Shown one piece after another: positions 63,400-64,000 of a DNA stretch of 64,000 nt. The stretch spans positions 434,001-498,000 of the forward strand of contig NGBS01000293.1 in NCBI GenBank assembly GCA_002245135.1, written 5' to 3'. A model generated the notes under the pieces. The model was not told the DNA's origin. It worked only from the letters and a program-made list of their open reading frames with translations, and ran no database searches. The position numbers were made by a program, and so were the translations under genes. Position 1 is the first letter of the stretch, and each line of letters begins with the position of its first letter. Origin of the DNA: Proteromonas lacertae. Its lineage: Eukaryota.

Positions 63400-64000
63400 A
63401 TGGAGCAGACTTTTGATTTGTTTATTTCTATATTGAACAATCTAAACAAAGGAAACATAATCGATAGTTTAGACAAATCAAATGAGGTATTTGACGAAAT
63501 ATGTAAGAAGAATCAAACATCGAAAGAATTTTTAAAGATAGAAGAGGTAAATACATTATTATCGCTATTATCAAGAAATGATGATGTTAAAGGGATTGTT
63601 TTTAATTGTTTAGATAAATTATCAAAACTGTCAACAGAGCAAATATCTTTTTTTAAAGTTATTATTTTTGTATGATCTTTAATGATTGTATTTTGAAATA
63701 CTTACTGACTCAAAGATGGTTAGTGTTTTTGAGAAGATCATGTTTGATTCTGATGAGAAATATATAAACAGAATTCTTGAGATATATAAAACTCTTTTTA
63801 GCTTCAATCCTCCTTCTCCAATTAAAGAAGGTACATTAATAAGAGATTTTGATTATTATGATTATATCATGTATAAGAACAGTGAAGATTCAGATAAAAT
63901 AAAAGCAAAATTATCAAGATTGATTTTGCCAATCATTAAAAATCTGTTGAGTGATGATGGTAATGCAATATTACAAAACCGAGGTTGTTTATTATTTCAG
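63400..64000 (+). CDS. 5' part of a helical (ARM/HEAT-like) protein of unknown identity; runs off the window
   Basis: ATG at 63400. The frame stays open to the window end once 63643-63691 is removed. Confidence 0.65.
63643..63691 (+). other. U12-type intron with AT-AT termini, 49 nt
   Basis: 5' end ATATCTTT, branch-like TCTTTAAT ending 8 nt before the end. Removal gives in-frame LSTEQ|FEILTDSK. Confidence 0.7.

Noticed and set aside
1..64000. Alternative genetic code or Blastocystis-style polyadenylation-created stop codons
   Set aside because: TAA, TAG and TGA all end well-supported genes at expected positions, and I found no gene that clearly lacks a genomic stop.

Overview
This window is gene-dense, very AT-rich eukaryotic nuclear DNA in the standard genetic code. 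It has tiny GT-AG introns (mostly 26-40 nt), very short intergenic gaps and He_PIG-type Ig-repeat surface proteins, a profile that fits a Blastocystis/Proteromonas-type stramenopile (inference). Recognisable genes are CSE1 (3' end), two LRR genes, a methyltransferase, tRNA-Ser(UGA), exportin-4-like, two inverted full-size ABCG/PDR transporters, DP transcription factor, a divergent Hsp70, a RhoGEF, CIP2A-like, Sec61-gamma, a MaoC dehydratase, a ~2000-aa Ig/PA14 membrane protein, PDCD4-like and a PPEF phosphatase. Five observations stand out. (1) A BTB-BACK-Ig-SPRY gene occurs four times, with a near-identical scaffold but four hypervariable SPRY loops. (2) A ~1630-aa Crinkler/RHS-type protein (2x SPRY header plus two NTPase-nuclease modules) lies between ~670-bp direct repeats taken from that gene, suggesting a shared-sensor, immune-like or effector system. 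(3) Three short U12-type introns have AT-AA, AT-AC and AT-AT ends. (4) A GCTTGA/TCAAGC motif recurs just upstream of many start codons. (5) The inverted ABCG pair shows mosaic identity. Scattered 1-nt frameshifts look mostly like long-read consensus errors. All calls are by eye; no searches were run.
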